From Podarcis cretensis (Eukaryota), in the NCBI GenBank assembly GCA_951804945.1, contig OX638149.1, positions 100,068,001 to 100,132,000 on the forward strand: a stretch of DNA of 64,000 nucleotides. Direction: 5' to 3'. Of this stretch, positions 11,801 through 26,564 are shown one piece after another. The translations under genes and the position numbers were made by a program. Positions within the stretch are counted from its first letter, which is position 1, and each line of letters starts with the position of its first letter. The notes beneath the pieces are model-generated. The model saw only the letters and a program-made list of their open reading frames with translations, did not search any database and was not told where the DNA came from.

Positions 11801-14111
11801 GAATAACTAAGGGAATAGTTGCTATATTTCCATCTGAAAACCCCCTAGAGCTTTTCTGTTTTATTGGGATGGAGAACTCCAGGCCCAGGAGCCAAACCTG
11901 CAGTCTTCTCTACCTGGCCTCAGAACCCTCACGCGGTGAGGGCCCAGATGTTCTTCAGATTGTAGCTTGGCTTCTGTTTAAATCCGTGCATGAAAAGCAG
12001 CTTGCCCTGCACCCTTCGGCCCATGAATCCACACCCCACACCTCAGCTTTTGCATAGAAAATTACAGTAATTACCTCAACTGTCTCATGAATCCTAGCAG
12101 GGTCCAAGAATTAAGCAAATGTTACCTACTGTCTTTCTTGCTCTGCTTGCCGTTGCACAGTTTTGCATCATCTAAAACTCATTTAGTTGATTGATATAGC
12201 AATAAAAATACATTTACTAGCAGCCAAGATAAAAAGCTTTGCTAAACAGTCTTTGTCAAATACGAATCTTCTTCACATGATTTCATCTCCTCCCCATTTT
12301 TTAAAGGGAAAAAAGACAAGGGCTCAGTAGGGAGGAAAAAAACAGGATACCTGACAACCTTACAGCAGATGAGAGATTGTTTTCAGCATGGGAATATCAA
12401 TTCATAGAATTTAAAGCGATAACATTTTGTATGATAAGGACTGGAAAACAAACCGAAACCAGCAGGTAGTAACCATAAATGTTTCAAAATGATTCAACAG
12501 CAATGCATAATAGGGCCAGCGCAAGACATGTCGATGTTTGAGCCAAGGGGAGTCACCACTCTCCCTCTTCTCCGCCATGGCTCCCCCTTCTTGCTTCCTG
12601 TTTACTTCTAAATGTTTTCCTCCTGTGCCTCCCTCTCTTTGCCCTGTCCCCTCTACCTTGCTCTGAGGATGCAAAAGTGGGCTTTCCTCAGAGCAAGACA
12701 TTCTGGGAGAGGAGGCTTAGGAGAGTGCTATTTGGCCACAAAGGTAACTTTTTATTATTTAGAAAAAAATTAGCACCTTGCCCTGGGTGCTTAACACTGA
12801 GTAATGGCTTGTGTGGGAAGCCATGTATTGGCCAAGGGCTCTGATTGGTGGCAGCAGCAATGCACTTGCTGCTGAACGGTGTCTCAGCACAAATAGATAG
12901 CACCACTCTATAGCTGTACGAAATCTATAGATTCCATAGATCTGTGGGCCAGACCGTTCCATTTTGGGTGAATGAAAATGGCACATTTCCCCTGTGGATG
13001 GAAGCAGCCCCACTGCCTGCCTGTAACTACAATTGGCACCCGAGGGTCTGCTGGGAGGGCAGTGACTGGCAGTGCAGTGAGGATCCCTTCTTACTGCTCA
13101 GGGCCCCAGCCAATGCCCAACCTGACTGACTGCTGGCACCTGATAATGGAGACCTGATAGATGCAGTTTTCTTCCCTGAGTGCGCAGCTGCTGTAATGCA
13201 CATTAGTTTGGGGCGTGTTGGAGGAAGGGGTGTGACATTCTGTGATACTGAGCCACAGAACATCCCGTTGGATGGTACTGCTGGTTATGTTGCTCTCTGT
13301 CATATTTGAGCATTTTATACAAACTCTTGCAAGACATCCTTAGGAAGTCAATTTTAAGTATCTCAGTGTCTTATCACAATGGAAGACCTCTAGCACCCGA
13401 ATGAACTCATTAAAGGGCAGATCCTGCTGTGCACCATCCAGCCACAGCTTTGTGCTTAATTCAAAACAGTAACCTGTGTGGGAAGAGGCTTTGTGTGTGA
13501 CAGGTGCAGTTGCGTCTGTTTCAAAAGTATATCAGTGTGGTGTTGCATTGCGTAGGCAAAGGAAAACTGAAATAGCAATTGTGAAATCTCCTCCCTTCCC
13601 TTGAAGAAAATGATACGGTTGAAATCTACTCAGCTTCGATGATACCCTGTCATCTGTGAGACACAGTAAGAGGACAGTTATTTGAAGGGAAAAGGTGGTG
13701 CAAATCAGTGATCTCTCCACCCACCCTGCAAGAAAATATCTTAAATAATCAGAACACCAGTGGGTTTCAGTTGGTGGCTGAGCTTGAAGGAGTATACTCT
13801 TTATCACTTTCCCTGTAACTTAGGTAACTTGAGAGCTGAATCTCCTGCCCACATTTGATTTAGTAAAGCCAAAATGTCTTTTGCTTATTCCGTTTGATAA
13901 AGGGCCTTGCTCATCGTAAGACCTTGTCGCATCCCTGGCATGGTAAATACCATCTTTTGCCACATGGGGGAGTATTGGCAAGAAATATGCATCACATGAG
14001 ACTGGCAAAGTAGAATAATCTTGTGATTAATCTGACCATTAACTGGTTTTAAAATAGCAGCCCACAGGCAATTTCAGCCCTTGGATTTTATGGTGGTGGT
14101 GGTGGTGGGAA

Positions 14112-14170
14112 TCTTACCTGTTCCTAATTCTGGCCTGAACCCTGATTGATTTGGGTCTAGATTTGGTTCA
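14112..14170 (-). mobile_element. L2 reverse-transcriptase fragment
   Basis: Minus-strand ORF 14074-14325 contains LDPNQSGFRP (L2 RT motif LDPFQSGFRP). Confidence 0.6.
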
Positions 14171-14199
14171 TAATGCCTTGCAGTTCTTAACACCATATA

Positions 14200-14401
14200 C
14201 AGTGGTACCTCAGGATAAGAACTTAATTCGTTCTGGAGGTCCGTTCTTAACCCGAAACTGTTCTTAACCTGAGGTACCACTTTAGCTAATGGGGCCTCCC
14301 GCTGCCACACAATTTCTGTTCTCATCTTGAAGCAAAGTTCTTAACCCGAGGTACTATTTCCGGGTTAGCGGAGTCTGTAACCCTAAACGTCTGTAACCCG
14401 A
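14200..14401 (-). mobile_element. Tigger-like MITE, copy 2, inverted and lacking one TIR
   Basis: TA|CAGTGGTACCTCAGGATAAGAAC... is the reverse complement of the 3855 copy. Similarity stops at ...tgtaacccga before the expected GGTACCACTG. Confidence 0.88.
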
Positions 14402-17400
14402 TTTTAGTGATTTTAGTTACACTTTTGTGGTTCATTTTGTTACGATTCCATTTCTTACTTATCAGTACAGGGCTACAAGAAGGTGGTGTCAAAATCCAAA
14501 ACAACCTAATGCTAAAATTCATTAGAAATTGTTTGTGCGTTAACCTTAAACGTATTTTAAGTGGTGAACAATCCCCCACACAAATTTAAACTAGTTTATA
14601 CAACTCTGAACATGGCTTAGGGCTATAACGTTGGGATGTGGGTCAATACTTTCTTCTCATTCCTTCTCTGGCTGGGTTTTGTTCTGCATCAATAATATCT
14701 TTGCCCCTTTGGCATTGAGGAAAACTTGACACTTTTTTTGGTCATACTCTGCTGCCTCATAGGTGTTTTCCTACAGATTTACATCTCCAAACTTGGGTAT
14801 TCAGTCATGGGAGTAAAAATATGTGTTGAGTAGAATTCTGCTTTGCCATAATCTAGCACAGGGGTTCCCAAAGCGACCACCAGAGGTCTGTGAGCTTCAT
14901 TCATGTGGTCAGCATGGGTGACATTTCTGTGTGCTAACTTAACAGCCAGTGAGGTTTTCTGTTATGCAGAGAAAGATATATCAGGATAATACTCATAACA
15001 GGACTGGTAGACTTCATTTTTAATTTTGTATTTCTGAACGGAATAGTTGGATGTGTTTTATTATATTTAATTATTTGAAGGGGAAAGACATTTTAATGCT
15101 GCTGCTTGGGGATTCTAAATGCATTAGCAAAGGATTGGCTCTAATTAATTCCACAGTCTATGATAATTATCAAGTAAAGCAGCCTCATAAAAGCATACAA
15201 TTACATTGAAGCAAATGCATATTTGATCATTAATTAGTAAACCATCAAAAGCAACGCTGCAGATGTTTGTCGTTTTGTATAACAGAATTAAATCTGGTCA
15301 CAGTAATCATGGTATACCTAAATGGGTATCTTGGCAGCAGCAATAATTTTGAAGCCTTTATGTGGTCGATTTCCTGCAGTGTATGTTTATGGTAATGTGT
15401 TTACATATGTCTGAGCATGTTGAAGTGTTAATCTGCTGCTGGGGTGGCTATCCTCCAGAAGCTCCTACTTCCATCAGCCCCTGCCCCCATAGCCAGGATG
15501 ATGATCAAAAGAGCCATAGGTTATCCATCCCTGATCTATTACAAGCCTAGATGTACTTGGTTAAAATCACCAACTCTACACCACACAGAGAAGTGCTGTC
15601 TCTCTCACACTCATGCACACACACACATGGGCTGTCCCAGATGCTGTACTGTATATCCCATGATACTTTGTTTTAATGATGTTTATGCTAGGTACAATTA
15701 TCCTGTGTACAGTACCCCGTGCAGTATTATTTAACACCATTCCCCCTATTTCTGAAGTTCAGATGTGAGTGATGAGCCTTCTGTAGTCAAAACTGCTCAC
15801 AGCATTCATGCACGAGATGTAGATGTCAGCAGGCCTGAGGGGATTCCAGGGTTTTGAGAAGTGAGATACCACTGCTGAAGGAGGGATGGATGCCTCTGAC
15901 ACCCTACTGAGGACTGAGCACACTCAGTAGCCACAGACTCTTGCATCTCTGTAGGGTGCAGAGAAACATGGCATCACCTGGAAGTGGTCAGAGAGAAAAG
16001 GAAGGCATGGCTGAAGCTGCCCAAGAGATGTCAGCTTGTGGCGGATCAGCTGGCAGGAAAAGTTAGCTGGGAAAGAAGGCAAGGGTAGATGAGAGGTCCA
16101 GAGGAGACCAGTAGGTAAGCAGGTAAATCTGTGCGTCTTTTCCTCTGTTGTTCTTGGCCCCGATTCTCTCCTTCTGCTTCCTTGTCCAAGAGGATGCAGA
16201 AGAGATACAGAGATATAAAAAGGATGGAGAGAAACATTCTCATTTTCTGGAGAGGTAATTTCCCAGTTCGAACTGGGAAGGTATTGTTAAACACCTCCAG
16301 GGGCAAAAGGAAAAGCTGCCCATAGAGAGGAAGAGAGAAATCCAAGAGAAATCCAGCATTGGACATCAGTATGTTAAGTGCCCCTCCCCACTACCAAAAA
16401 AATTAAGGATAGCAGCAAATAATGCAAATTCGAAACCAAAAGCAGTGCATTGGCCCCATGGTTCAAATTAGAAGGGGATGTGATTTTAAGCCAGACATGC
16501 AAGAGCTCAGGTAGACCTTGGTGCTTGAGTGAGTGAGGCTTGTCTGTAACAGGAAGTTCCTTTATATGTCTTTCCGTCCAGGAGAAGCCCATGGTCAACC
16601 TTGGATGGTTGCACCCAAGCCTTTTTTTGAGACACAGCAGTTCACTTATTAAGAGACTGTATATGCCTCCTTTCGTTTCTAAACAAAATGCCAAGGTGGT
16701 TCACAATCAACAGCCAGAAGTGAAGGGAAAATGTTCCCCACATGAAGACATCCACACAGCCTGGAACCTTGGATTGCACAGGCTTCCCATGGATGCCTTT
16801 TTGTCTATGTAGAAGGTTCAATCACCTTGACATGTCCAGTTAAAAAGAATTAGCAGGTGATGGGAAATACTTCAGATGGAAACCCCAGAAAGTTGTTGCC
16901 AGGCGGAGTAGATCATATTATATTAGACAGATATTCCGACATAGCTTAAGGCAGCTTCCTGTTTGTAGCTATGATTAGGGTAAATAACATCATTGGTAAA
17001 GTAATTAATTGCATGCTGTCAGCATTTATGGAGCAAGCCAAGCAAGTAGTAGTGGATAAAAGCTTTGTCTGGAGTCTTCATTTGCAAGGATATGAAATAT
17101 TTGACATGCTAGAGGGAGGGTGAAGTTCATCCCGTGGTGCCTTTTATGCCACATCTACTGAAAGACAGTGAAGATATTAAGTGTTTTGAAAGTTCAAGAT
17201 AATTTTCATGCCAAGTACAATAGGAGTTCAACTCTATTTTAGTCAATGAATGCATATCTACTGTTATAAGAACCTTGAGACTCTATCTCTGCCATTATTA
17301 CTATTCAAATATTTCACTAGATTGCTCTCATGGTTGGGTCTCTTTATTCCACCTGCAATCATATAGTTGCAGCTATAGCTTGTTCTGTGTTTAATCTTCA

Positions 17401-18229
17401 GTATTTTCCACCCAGATAATTGCTTCTTTCGGTTTAATCCCGTTTTCCTCCTTTCTTTTCTTCCATAAACCTGGCTGTGCTCTTGTTTGCAAGGCACAGG
17501 TCACTTACGTATGTCATTCTTTTCTCTTTTTCCCCCTTAACTGTCAGACAGTTATGCCAGGGAGGAGATAATTCTGCCCTCTCTCCATGTGATGGGAGGT
17601 AATGGTATAAACAGACCTGGTGATTAGGCAGTGGCTTTTGAGTATCTTGAAAGTGCAGAAGATTGTTGGTTATTTAATTTAGTACTATTATATTTTTACT
17701 CCTAAGGAGCAGCACGTGTGTGGGATTTTCTACCTCAGGTGCCAAAATGAATTGGCTGGGTTGGGTTATTACGCACCTTCACTCTGGCAAGTTGGCTATT
17801 CTGCCTTAGGCTGCAAAATGCCTTCAGCATAAAAGTTAAGCCTGTTTAATTCCACATCAATTTCTGTGGGAGAGTGAAGCACAAGCCTAACTCTGTCCCT
17901 TTGAAGCCGCTGTGATCTGAAATTCTTTTTACTAGGTCAATTATATTCAAAATGCACATGCCATTTGCCTGACAGGGAGAAGTATTCATAATTTACAACA
18001 TTATCACAAGTCCTATTATGTCATGGTAATAACACCTAGTTAGAATGCTTTCCTTGAACCCCCTCACTCATAGAAACAAAGGAGAGGGGGTTGTGGATTC
18101 CCAAGCACTGCCTTACAGCCCTTGGTGGTAAAGTGATATAAAGGGGTCCTATGTGTTTAGGATTCCTCCACATGATGGGGATCCTGCCCCAGTTAGGTTC
18201 CTCAGTTGCATGGAAAAGCTCTGTGCATG

Positions 18230-18523
18230 TAGGGTTGCCATACGTCCGGGAATTCCTGGGCATGTCCTCTTTTGGGGTTCCTACATGCCTATCCGGGGGG
18301 GGGGTATATTTGAAAGCAAATGTTCTGGATTTTGGGTGGTTGTTTTTTTTTAAAAAAATGTGTTCATGGGCAGTTCTGGTTCAGGCTCTGGCTTTGGTGT
18401 GCGATGCCTGGGCTCTGGTGCCCTGGGCATGATGGTGGCAGAAGGGCTATCGGGCAATTGCCCTAAAAATGCTCTACATCTTTTTGTGTCTGGAATTTTG
18501 CCTCTTGAAGTATGGCCACCGTA
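18230..18523. mobile_element. hAT (Blackjack-like) MITE
   Basis: TAGGGTTGCCATAC ... GTATGGCCACCGTA termini; decayed 8-bp TSD (tgtgcatg / agtacatc). Confidence 0.7.
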
Positions 18524-20648
18524 AGTACATCTAAACATGAATGGCATTCAGGTGTGTCCTTCACACACCCACACACCAAACAGTGCCAGCAGTTGCATTG
18601 GCACTGGGCGCCAAGCTTGGCCCTCTCACACTTTGGATAGATGCCTGAGGCTCCCCCTGCTCTCCTGAGTGTACCTTCCTTAGAGAATCATGAATCCATG
18701 TTTTGAAATGTAATTGAAGTTTTTAACTTGAGTCACTGGGTCTTCTAATATCAGAACTTGTCGGTGCCATGTTGTCATACTATAGCCTGATGTATTATGT
18801 CCTGTACTGATATGGGCTCTGCATGTGCAGTCAGGATTGTATATGAGAAGGATAAGAGACTGTAGGCTTCTTTATATACATATGGGCCTCTTTATATACA
18901 TTAAAATAGTAACCTGTGTAATTGTAGGGAACGGATGGAAGTTGATTTGGCTTTGTTCAGTCTTTCCAGAGGAAACTCTTTCCCCCTGGTAATTGCTGTG
19001 AGGAGACTATAAACTCTTATCTTGGAAAAATGAATATGAATGATTGTAAACAACTTACTTTTTTAAAAGAAAGAAAGAAAGTGTTCCTTGGTTTATTGCC
19101 CCTGTAGTATTTTTCCGTTTTAAGTTACTGTACAAGAAAAGTTATTTTTGTTAGCTGGTGCATGTTCTGCATATAGCAACAATAGCCCTCAGGCAACTGA
19201 AAGCAAAATGCTTACATGTGTTTGTCGCAGACCAAGCCCAATTGTATTTTCAGCTTTATTTGTGTTAATGAGAAATAACTCCATTAACACCGGTGAAGTA
19301 AGTGATAGCAAGGTAAGCAAAAGCAGAATTTTCTTGTCAAATTTTCTTGTCAAAATAGACAGGGACAGGTGTGTATGTCAGGGGAGAGGGACTGTAATGT
19401 ATGAATCTTACAGAATGCATTTTTTGTTGTTCTTCAGCCAGGAAGCGTTTATGTAAAAATGCTCTGTAGCGCTGCCAAACTAATTCAGTTGCTTGGAGTT
19501 TGTATTCCCCAAAGAAGTGCAATACAGAGGGCCCTACAGGAAATGACACCTGTCCACTATCCTTCTAAGGGCAAGAGGCATAAATCCTGATCAGGGGAAA
19601 TGCTTACCTTAAACCTTGTTTGATTGACACGTACTGACTTGTCATATCAATCCAGCTGTTAAGACACTTGTCATTTTTGTCAGGTCGAGCTGCATTACAT
19701 ATGCTGGCCTTACGCACTTTGAGGAACGGAGCCACCTGAATAAGCAAGGCACTGAATGCATATTACAAAACGTACCTGGCATTTTGTCTTACAAGGACAG
19801 CAGATTCCAGAGTCTTTAAAAGAAAAGGGAATGGGCTTCCTGGTAGGTCTAGAGTAGCTCTCCGCTTTCTGAATGACGATTGTTTTTGGAAGAAAGGATT
19901 ACTCATATTGCATTAAAAATATAAATTGTGTTGAAAGGGATACCAAGAGTTATGTAGCCCAACTCCCTGCAATGCAGGGGGTACAGGCTGTTTGTATTAC
20001 CTATAGAGCAGGTGTAGTGGAACCTCAGAGCTGAAGGCAAAATGCAGCCCTTCAGGTCCACACCCCAGTCCCAGGCCATACCCACCAGCCTTGTTTTGCA
20101 CCCTCCATGGATGTTTTTGCCTGGTTCAAATATGTCCTTGCATTCTAAAATGCTTCATGCTTGCCTTGATGGAGGATAGAGAGGGCTGTGCATGGAAACT
20201 AGCCTACAGTATAAAGGTAGAATTAGTTATCTTTTTTTCTGCCCACCTTTGCTTCTGGCTGCACCCACCACTTCCATATGTCTCCAGAAAGTAGCCCCCA
20301 GGAAATGTGGCCCTGGCACAGGGGAACAAAATGCATAGGTTTCTGGTATGGCTTATCCTAAACATTAGATTATCAGATTACCCAACTGGATGGGCACACA
20401 CGTACAGCGCACCTTTCTACATTGGTATGGATAACTGTGTTGCTAGAATCAGCCATGCATAAGGCAGGCTCACCTTCTCTCAGGAAATGGCTCAGAAACC
20501 TTTGGTGGGCAGTCTTCTATTTTCTGACAAAGCCTGGTGCTAGCCAGCTGGAAAGAGGCCTGCTAGTTCAACTCTTTCCAAGCAACTTGGAGGACAGCCC
20601 TTGATTCTCAAAGTTGAGGAAATCGGTGATAGCTGCAGTTGTCTAAGG

Positions 20649-20784
20649 CAGGCACCCCCAAACTCGGCCCTCCAGATGTTTGGGGACTACAACTCCCATC
20701 ATCCCTAGCTAACAGGACCAGTGGTCAGGGATGATGGGAAGTGTAGTCCCAAAACATCTGGAGGGCTGAGTTTGGGGGTGCCTG
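20649..20784. mobile_element. Palindromic hAT MITE, 136 bp
   Basis: TIR CAGGCACCCCCAAACTC / GAGTTTGGGGGTGCCTG, perfect TSD GTCTAAGG. Core shared with 1978-2113. Confidence 0.92.
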
Positions 20785-21628
20785 GTCTAAGGGATAAAAA
20801 CCAGCATGCTGTGGTGCTGTGCTTGCCTAACCACCTTTTCCTTTTACTATTGCTGCTTGCTTTCAGCCTAGTCTACAGGTTTTGTGATGTCTGGGAAGTT
20901 GCTGCATCTGCCTCAGCAGTTGGATTCCATCCAAATACAAGTCGGGATGGGGAATCTGTGCCCCTAAGACTAATTTCACGCAGCCATAATTTCATGTGGC
21001 TTGCAGAGATGGTATAGAGCAGAGAGAAAGATGCAGTGGGGTGGCACAGAGAAAGGAGGGGATGAGGTGTGTGGAGAGAGAGAAGGAATACAGTTCAATA
21101 ATGTTGAAAACTCCACCCACTATCAGCTCTGGCTCTACTCACCTTATGGTTGCTGTCACTTACACTTCACAGGGAAAAGTATCCTCATCTCTGAATTAAA
21201 GCAGTGTCCTGTAACTGGCAAGTGTCATAAAGACCATGGAGTCTTCTTCATTTGCCCCAACAACCCCCAAATGAGCTTTGGTAATCCAGTGGATAAAGCA
21301 TTCACGGGATAAAAGGCAAGGTTGCCCCTGGGCATGCCTCCTCCTGGTTCCCGCGTAAGAAGACCTTTACCTTGGCTATGCAGAAGAGAGGAGCGTTTCA
21401 TTATTGAGAGGAGCTACAGTGTTGGCCTTGGGTAGGTTTTCAGTAATCCTGCAAGAGACTTGCATATCTTCCTCATTGCATTGGGACCCTTGCCCCTACC
21501 TAATATTTGGGAAGTCCATGGTGCTGGCAGGGGAAACTTGAAGCTGGCTCCAGCAGTCCTAAGCCAGCCAAGATTGCTGCAGACATCAGTCTGGGCTTCA
21601 CTGGAAGTGCTGAGGCAGAGGGAAGGCA

Positions 21629-21630
21629 GT

Positions 21631-21696
<66 letters not shown>
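21629..21696. repeat. Compound (GT)n(GA)n microsatellite
   Basis: Direct reading. Confidence 0.97.
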
Positions 21697-23611
21697 TGGG
21701 GGAGAGGAGATACTTGTTTGTATCCATGTTTGTGCATGGGCATGTCTGACTATGACCACCAACCACCACTACATGTGGCCCTGAGAGCCAAAAGGGTTGC
21801 TCATCCTAGCTGAAAACAATAACCCTTTCTGCAAGTGAAAAACTAGTGAAATTTACACTGGCCTTATTAGGAAGCAGTGTTGGGTCAAGAGCTGGTGTAA
21901 TAGAAAGAAAAGAATGCACAAACTGAGCAGACCAACTACAGTATGAACAAGTCTGGAGGCTGAGAAAATCAAGAGAGAAAACCAGAAAGAATTATTCATG
22001 ACTGTAGGAAATAGTTATTAGGGGAGAGTAGAAGGTACTTTAACAGAGTCCTTGCTGCCCATGGTGTTCATTCATTAATTTTGTTCCACGTGTTTTGTGG
22101 CCAAAAAGGTTTTCAAAGCAGTACAAATCCCTGCAAAATATGTTCACAAGAAACGATAGTGGGATGAGTATGTTTATCATCGGCAAGAGCACTGCTGTCC
22201 TTCTGTGTTCACCACTCTCTGGAGAAAAGAAAACAAGCACCCTGCCCCTGAGGGCCAGCCTGAGGCATTTTGCTGCCTGAAGCAAAGGGCAAGTTGGTCT
22301 CTCCCCCACCTTCTGTTTTTTGTATGGAAGTTGGCTGGAGTGGAAGTTAAACCACACTTCAATACCGGCAGTAGGTTGGCATGCTGCAGCATAATTGAGG
22401 GCAGAAGACTAGAGAGTGCAGTACAAGCCCTGTGGCACTCACAGCTCTATCATGGGCTCAGCAGAAACACCCTGGGGGGTGGTTTCCACTGCCCCCTTCC
22501 CACACCTGATTGTCTGAGGCAGGCTCCTCACGCTGCCTAAGGATAGGGCCATTCCTGTTGTCTGCATCCAAACAAGGCTGAACATGGCCACTTTCTAACA
22601 ATTGATGGCATAATTATTCAGACACCCTCTGTCTTTACATGAGCTCCTGGTTCAAATCCAATGTCTTCTATGCCTAAGTGTGCTCTGAGCTCCTGTAAAA
22701 AGGACTGCATGCACCAGACAATCACTCATTTCTCTCCATCCACGGGCAACTTCCATTATGTACTTTCATATAAAATTTGATAAATGAAAAGATTGAATAG
22801 GTAATCATTAATGCCGTGCACTTGCATAGATAAGGATTAAAGTAAGAAAGCATGAAGTCATTCATTTTGAGCTGCCAAGATTATTTTTATGGGTTTGAAT
22901 CAGAATCAGGATATTTAGAGTAAGAAGACCCTATCCTGCGGTGATTATTGAGAGAAATTTATACAGGGTGGCAGCAATTTATCTTTGGAAAACCACAAGG
23001 GAATAAAGTTAGGTGCACATTTAACATTTTGATCTGTAAATTATCTGTGTGGTCCTGAGCATCTTTCCCCAGAAGTAAGCATCATGGATTTGAAAGATTC
23101 TTACGTTTTAGCATGCTTAAGATTATAACTTCGTAATGCTTTCACATTATTTATGCAGTAGTAAATATATTTTAAATGATGTTTGGAAAAGTGAGCCTGT
23201 ACAGAAGCAAAATAATAAGAGTGGCATGTGTGTGTAAGTCTGTTGGTCCGTGTGTGAGCCAGAGCAGAATCATGCAAAAGTGGATTAGGACACAAAGATG
23301 TCTTATTGGATCTCTCAGTGTTTTTGGTGGTAACTCCAGATTTGATCAGAGCTATGACTTTCGGACAGGGTTGTTTAGATCTCTCTCCTAATATGTTATT
23401 TTCCTCTAGTCTAAATTGCCCCTGAAGCTGTTAGTAGGGCTAGCAGCAGTTTAGGGCAAGTTGAAGTGGGAAAACGTATTAAACAAAGGGATTGCTGTAA
23501 ATTCAAGTAAACTTCCAAGCCACAAGTGAGAAGAGTACAGATTACTGAGTTTCTTGACCCAACAGTTTGACTTGGTTTAAGGCAGCTCCCTTTGTTCCTG
23601 AGTCCCTAGCA

Positions 23612-23727
23612 TAGGCATCCCCAACCTTTGGCCCTCCAGATGTTTTGAATTACAATTCCCATCATCCCTGACCACTGGTCCTGTTGTAGGCTAAAACATC
23701 TGGAGGGCCGCAGGTTGGGGATGTCTG
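23612..23727. mobile_element. Palindromic hAT MITE with internal deletion
   Basis: TAGGCATCCCCAACC...GGTTGGGGATGTCTG, TSD ccctagca/cattagca (6/8). The right arm lacks the agggatgatggga segment. Confidence 0.85.
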
Positions 23728-23792
23728 CATTAGCATATTAGAGAAGGGCATATTAGAGAAGGGCTCTAGTTGAGCCTAATCCATGACATATA

Positions 23793-24101
23793 ATCATAGA
23801 ATGGTAGAGTTGGAAGGGACCCTGAGGGTCATCTGGTCCAAATCCCCACAGTGAAGGAATCTCCATGACAAATGACCACCAACCTCTGCTTAAAAACCTC
23901 CAATGAAGGAAAGTCCACCATCTCTCATGGAAGTTCATTCCACTGCTGAACAGATCTTACAGTCAGAAAGTTATTCCTGATGTTTAGTCGGAGTCTCCTT
24001 CTTTGGCACTTGAAGCCATTGGTTGGGGTTCTACCCTCCACAGCAGAAGAAAAAAGCTTGCACCATCTTCCATGTGACAGCCCTTTAGATATTGGAAGAT
24101 A
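23793..24101 (-). mobile_element. CR1 LINE 3' end, 5'-truncated
   Basis: Minus strand encodes RTPTNGFKCQRRRLRLNIRNNFLTVRSVQQWNELP and ends ...GGTCCCTTCCAACTCTACCATTCTATGAT (CR1 ATTCTRTG terminus). Confidence 0.9.
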
Positions 24102-26564
24102 GGAGGAACATCCAGTCATGTGATCCACCCTATCTCCATTCTGATGCATGTCAGTTTGAGATTTACTCTCCTCTCCCCCTGTGAGCACTAAGCATTAAAT
24201 GTAAGATAAACTGGTGTTTGGGCATCTATCACACTGTTACGCTATATGCATTTAGCAGATTGAAGTGCATTATGTCCTGTGGCATGAACCTGAAAATGAT
24301 TGTGTTTAAACCGATGCCAGCTTCTGACAAGGATGCCGTGCTTTCTAAAAATCTCTTTGAAATAACATCTGAAAAGTTGCCCGTGTTCCTTGAAGTGTAG
24401 TTAATAGCCATTACATTTTTTTGACAGTACTGTTCAAGATAATGTGGGAGCTCTATTATTCAGAGCTAGTTATCTATCATTTACCAGTTAAAAAAAAACC
24501 ACACACCCCAAAAGCCCAACAACAGAAAATGATAAATGAACATATTCCCCAAATGGTATTTGAAAACATTTGATTTGATTTGTTGGTGACATGGAAGAAC
24601 AAAGATGCAATGGAAAGATTACTGCTGCTGATGTTCAATTCACAACTTCCTACAGATTTATGCATGTTCCTTTCTTATCAAAGGAATGCTGTTGAAATGC
24701 AGGTGTGGTTTGTGTTGCTTTCAGAGGCAGCCATGACAATTCTGCAAGGTTTAGGTTTGCTTAGAAATGGATATGTGGAATTAGTGCTCATATTAAGCTA
24801 TTCAATAAAACCACATGGGTCTGCAGTAGTAAGCTCTTTCCGATTGAAATTTTATGCAAATACCTGTATTTGCAGTGTGCGAGAGATGAAGGAAACCACC
24901 TTTGAATATTTTTGTTCAGCTTGTGTAAAATGATAGCTCTGTGCAGAAAATGCATCTGCAGCTTTGTGGCGCCAAAGGAAGCAGATGAATGGCTCTGGGG
25001 ACAAAAGTATGTACATTAGGGAAAAGAAGAAGAAGAAGGTGATGATGATGTATTGTAAACACATGCAGAAGTTATCTTCATAGTTTTGCCTTTAGGAAGG
25101 CATCATCTAAGATGATAAAATGAGAAACAACCAGAGACCATCTCCAACAGAGGACTGCACAAGCACAGTAAATTCCTGGTGTCCTCTGTTTTCCCTCAAA
25201 CATGATAGCATCTGGGGTGATCTGTATGGTATTCACCTTTGCAGAACAGAAGGTCCGCACCTGGGTTGGTATAAACAGGACTCCCATTAAACACTTCTGT
25301 CACTTATCAAAACCACATCCCTGTTGTCCAGGGTTTGTAAATTGGCTCCCACGCTGCTAGGTGATTGCATGTGTGTTTGAGAAAGTGGGGCATTTTTATA
25401 ATTATTCAATAAACTGAGGTGATAGGTCATGGAACAGTAAGGAAGGAGAGGAAAGGTGGAGGGATCTCTCTCTCTATATATATCGATCATCTATCTATCG
25501 CACAATAGAGAGAGTTAAAACTTACGTAGCAGTTTTCCTCCAAAGAGCTCAGAGTGGCTCCTCCAGCATTTCCAAGGAGTGTTTTCCAGTGGAGACTGGT
25601 CTTGCTTACAACCAGTCCAGGGGTTGGCCCTGGCTGTCATCTGTCAAGTGTTGCCCTTATGCAACACTTGCATCAGAAAGGAGGATAGGGACAAAAACTA
25701 GAAATGGTTTTCCTTGTCTACCATTGGCTCTGGCTCCAGCTACTGTTGATCTCCCTGCCTTCTGCCTTACCAGTCCCAGTGCACACCAGCCGCCACCAGG
25801 TCCTATTCAGGCAACTACCAAAGCTAAACCAGCCTAGCCTCAAGTGTAGGGTGAATCTGGGCATTCACCAACTAAATGTGATTAAATGTGCTGATAATGC
25901 ACCTTCAGTGCATTACCTTAATCTTTTTTGGGCAACTCTATGAATGGGAAAGCAAATTTCTGAAGCAGGGATTCTCCTACTGGAACCCTACTTAGGTGGC
26001 GGGGACATGCAAACAAGACAAAGGTGATGCGCCCAAGCTCATGGAACCTGGCTGTGCTCCCCTCCCTCTCTTAAATGATTTGCTTTGCATGTAAGCCGTG
26101 AACACCCAAACAGGGCTGAGCTCTTTATCATGTGTTTTCTGAACCAATCTAATTGCCACTGGCAACACAGAATATCCTTCAACTTCTTTTGACAGTTAAA
26201 TAAGCTCATAAGTTGAATGGGTGGCAGGGATTTAACAAGTCTCCTGGCTCTAGTAATTCTGTGCTTCCCTTGTCTTCAGGATCATTGTACTTACTTGTCA
26301 AATGCCAAGAAAGGTCTGGAAACTCTTGTAGCAGCCAGCCTTGAGAATTGTTATAATTATTACATATTTATTCACACCCCACTAAATAATTTATACCCTG
26401 ACAGGGACTCAAGGTGGCTTACAGATAAAATAAGAACATGGAAACGGGAGTTCCAATGTCTTTTTGTGTCTCTTGTAGGTCTGCACCAGTCTGTTGATGC
26501 AAAGTGTGTTCTAGGATTAATAGTAGCACTAGTGCTTAAATGCATTTTCCAGTTGTAGTTACTC

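Noticed and set aside
13028-13100. LF-SINE-like word AATTGGCACCC
   Set aside because: Flanks do not follow the LF-SINE consensus as I recall it; too short to call.
15824-16366. GA-rich LTR-like segment (also about 20883-21310)
   Set aside because: TG starts are present but I could not find a matching CA end with a TSD.
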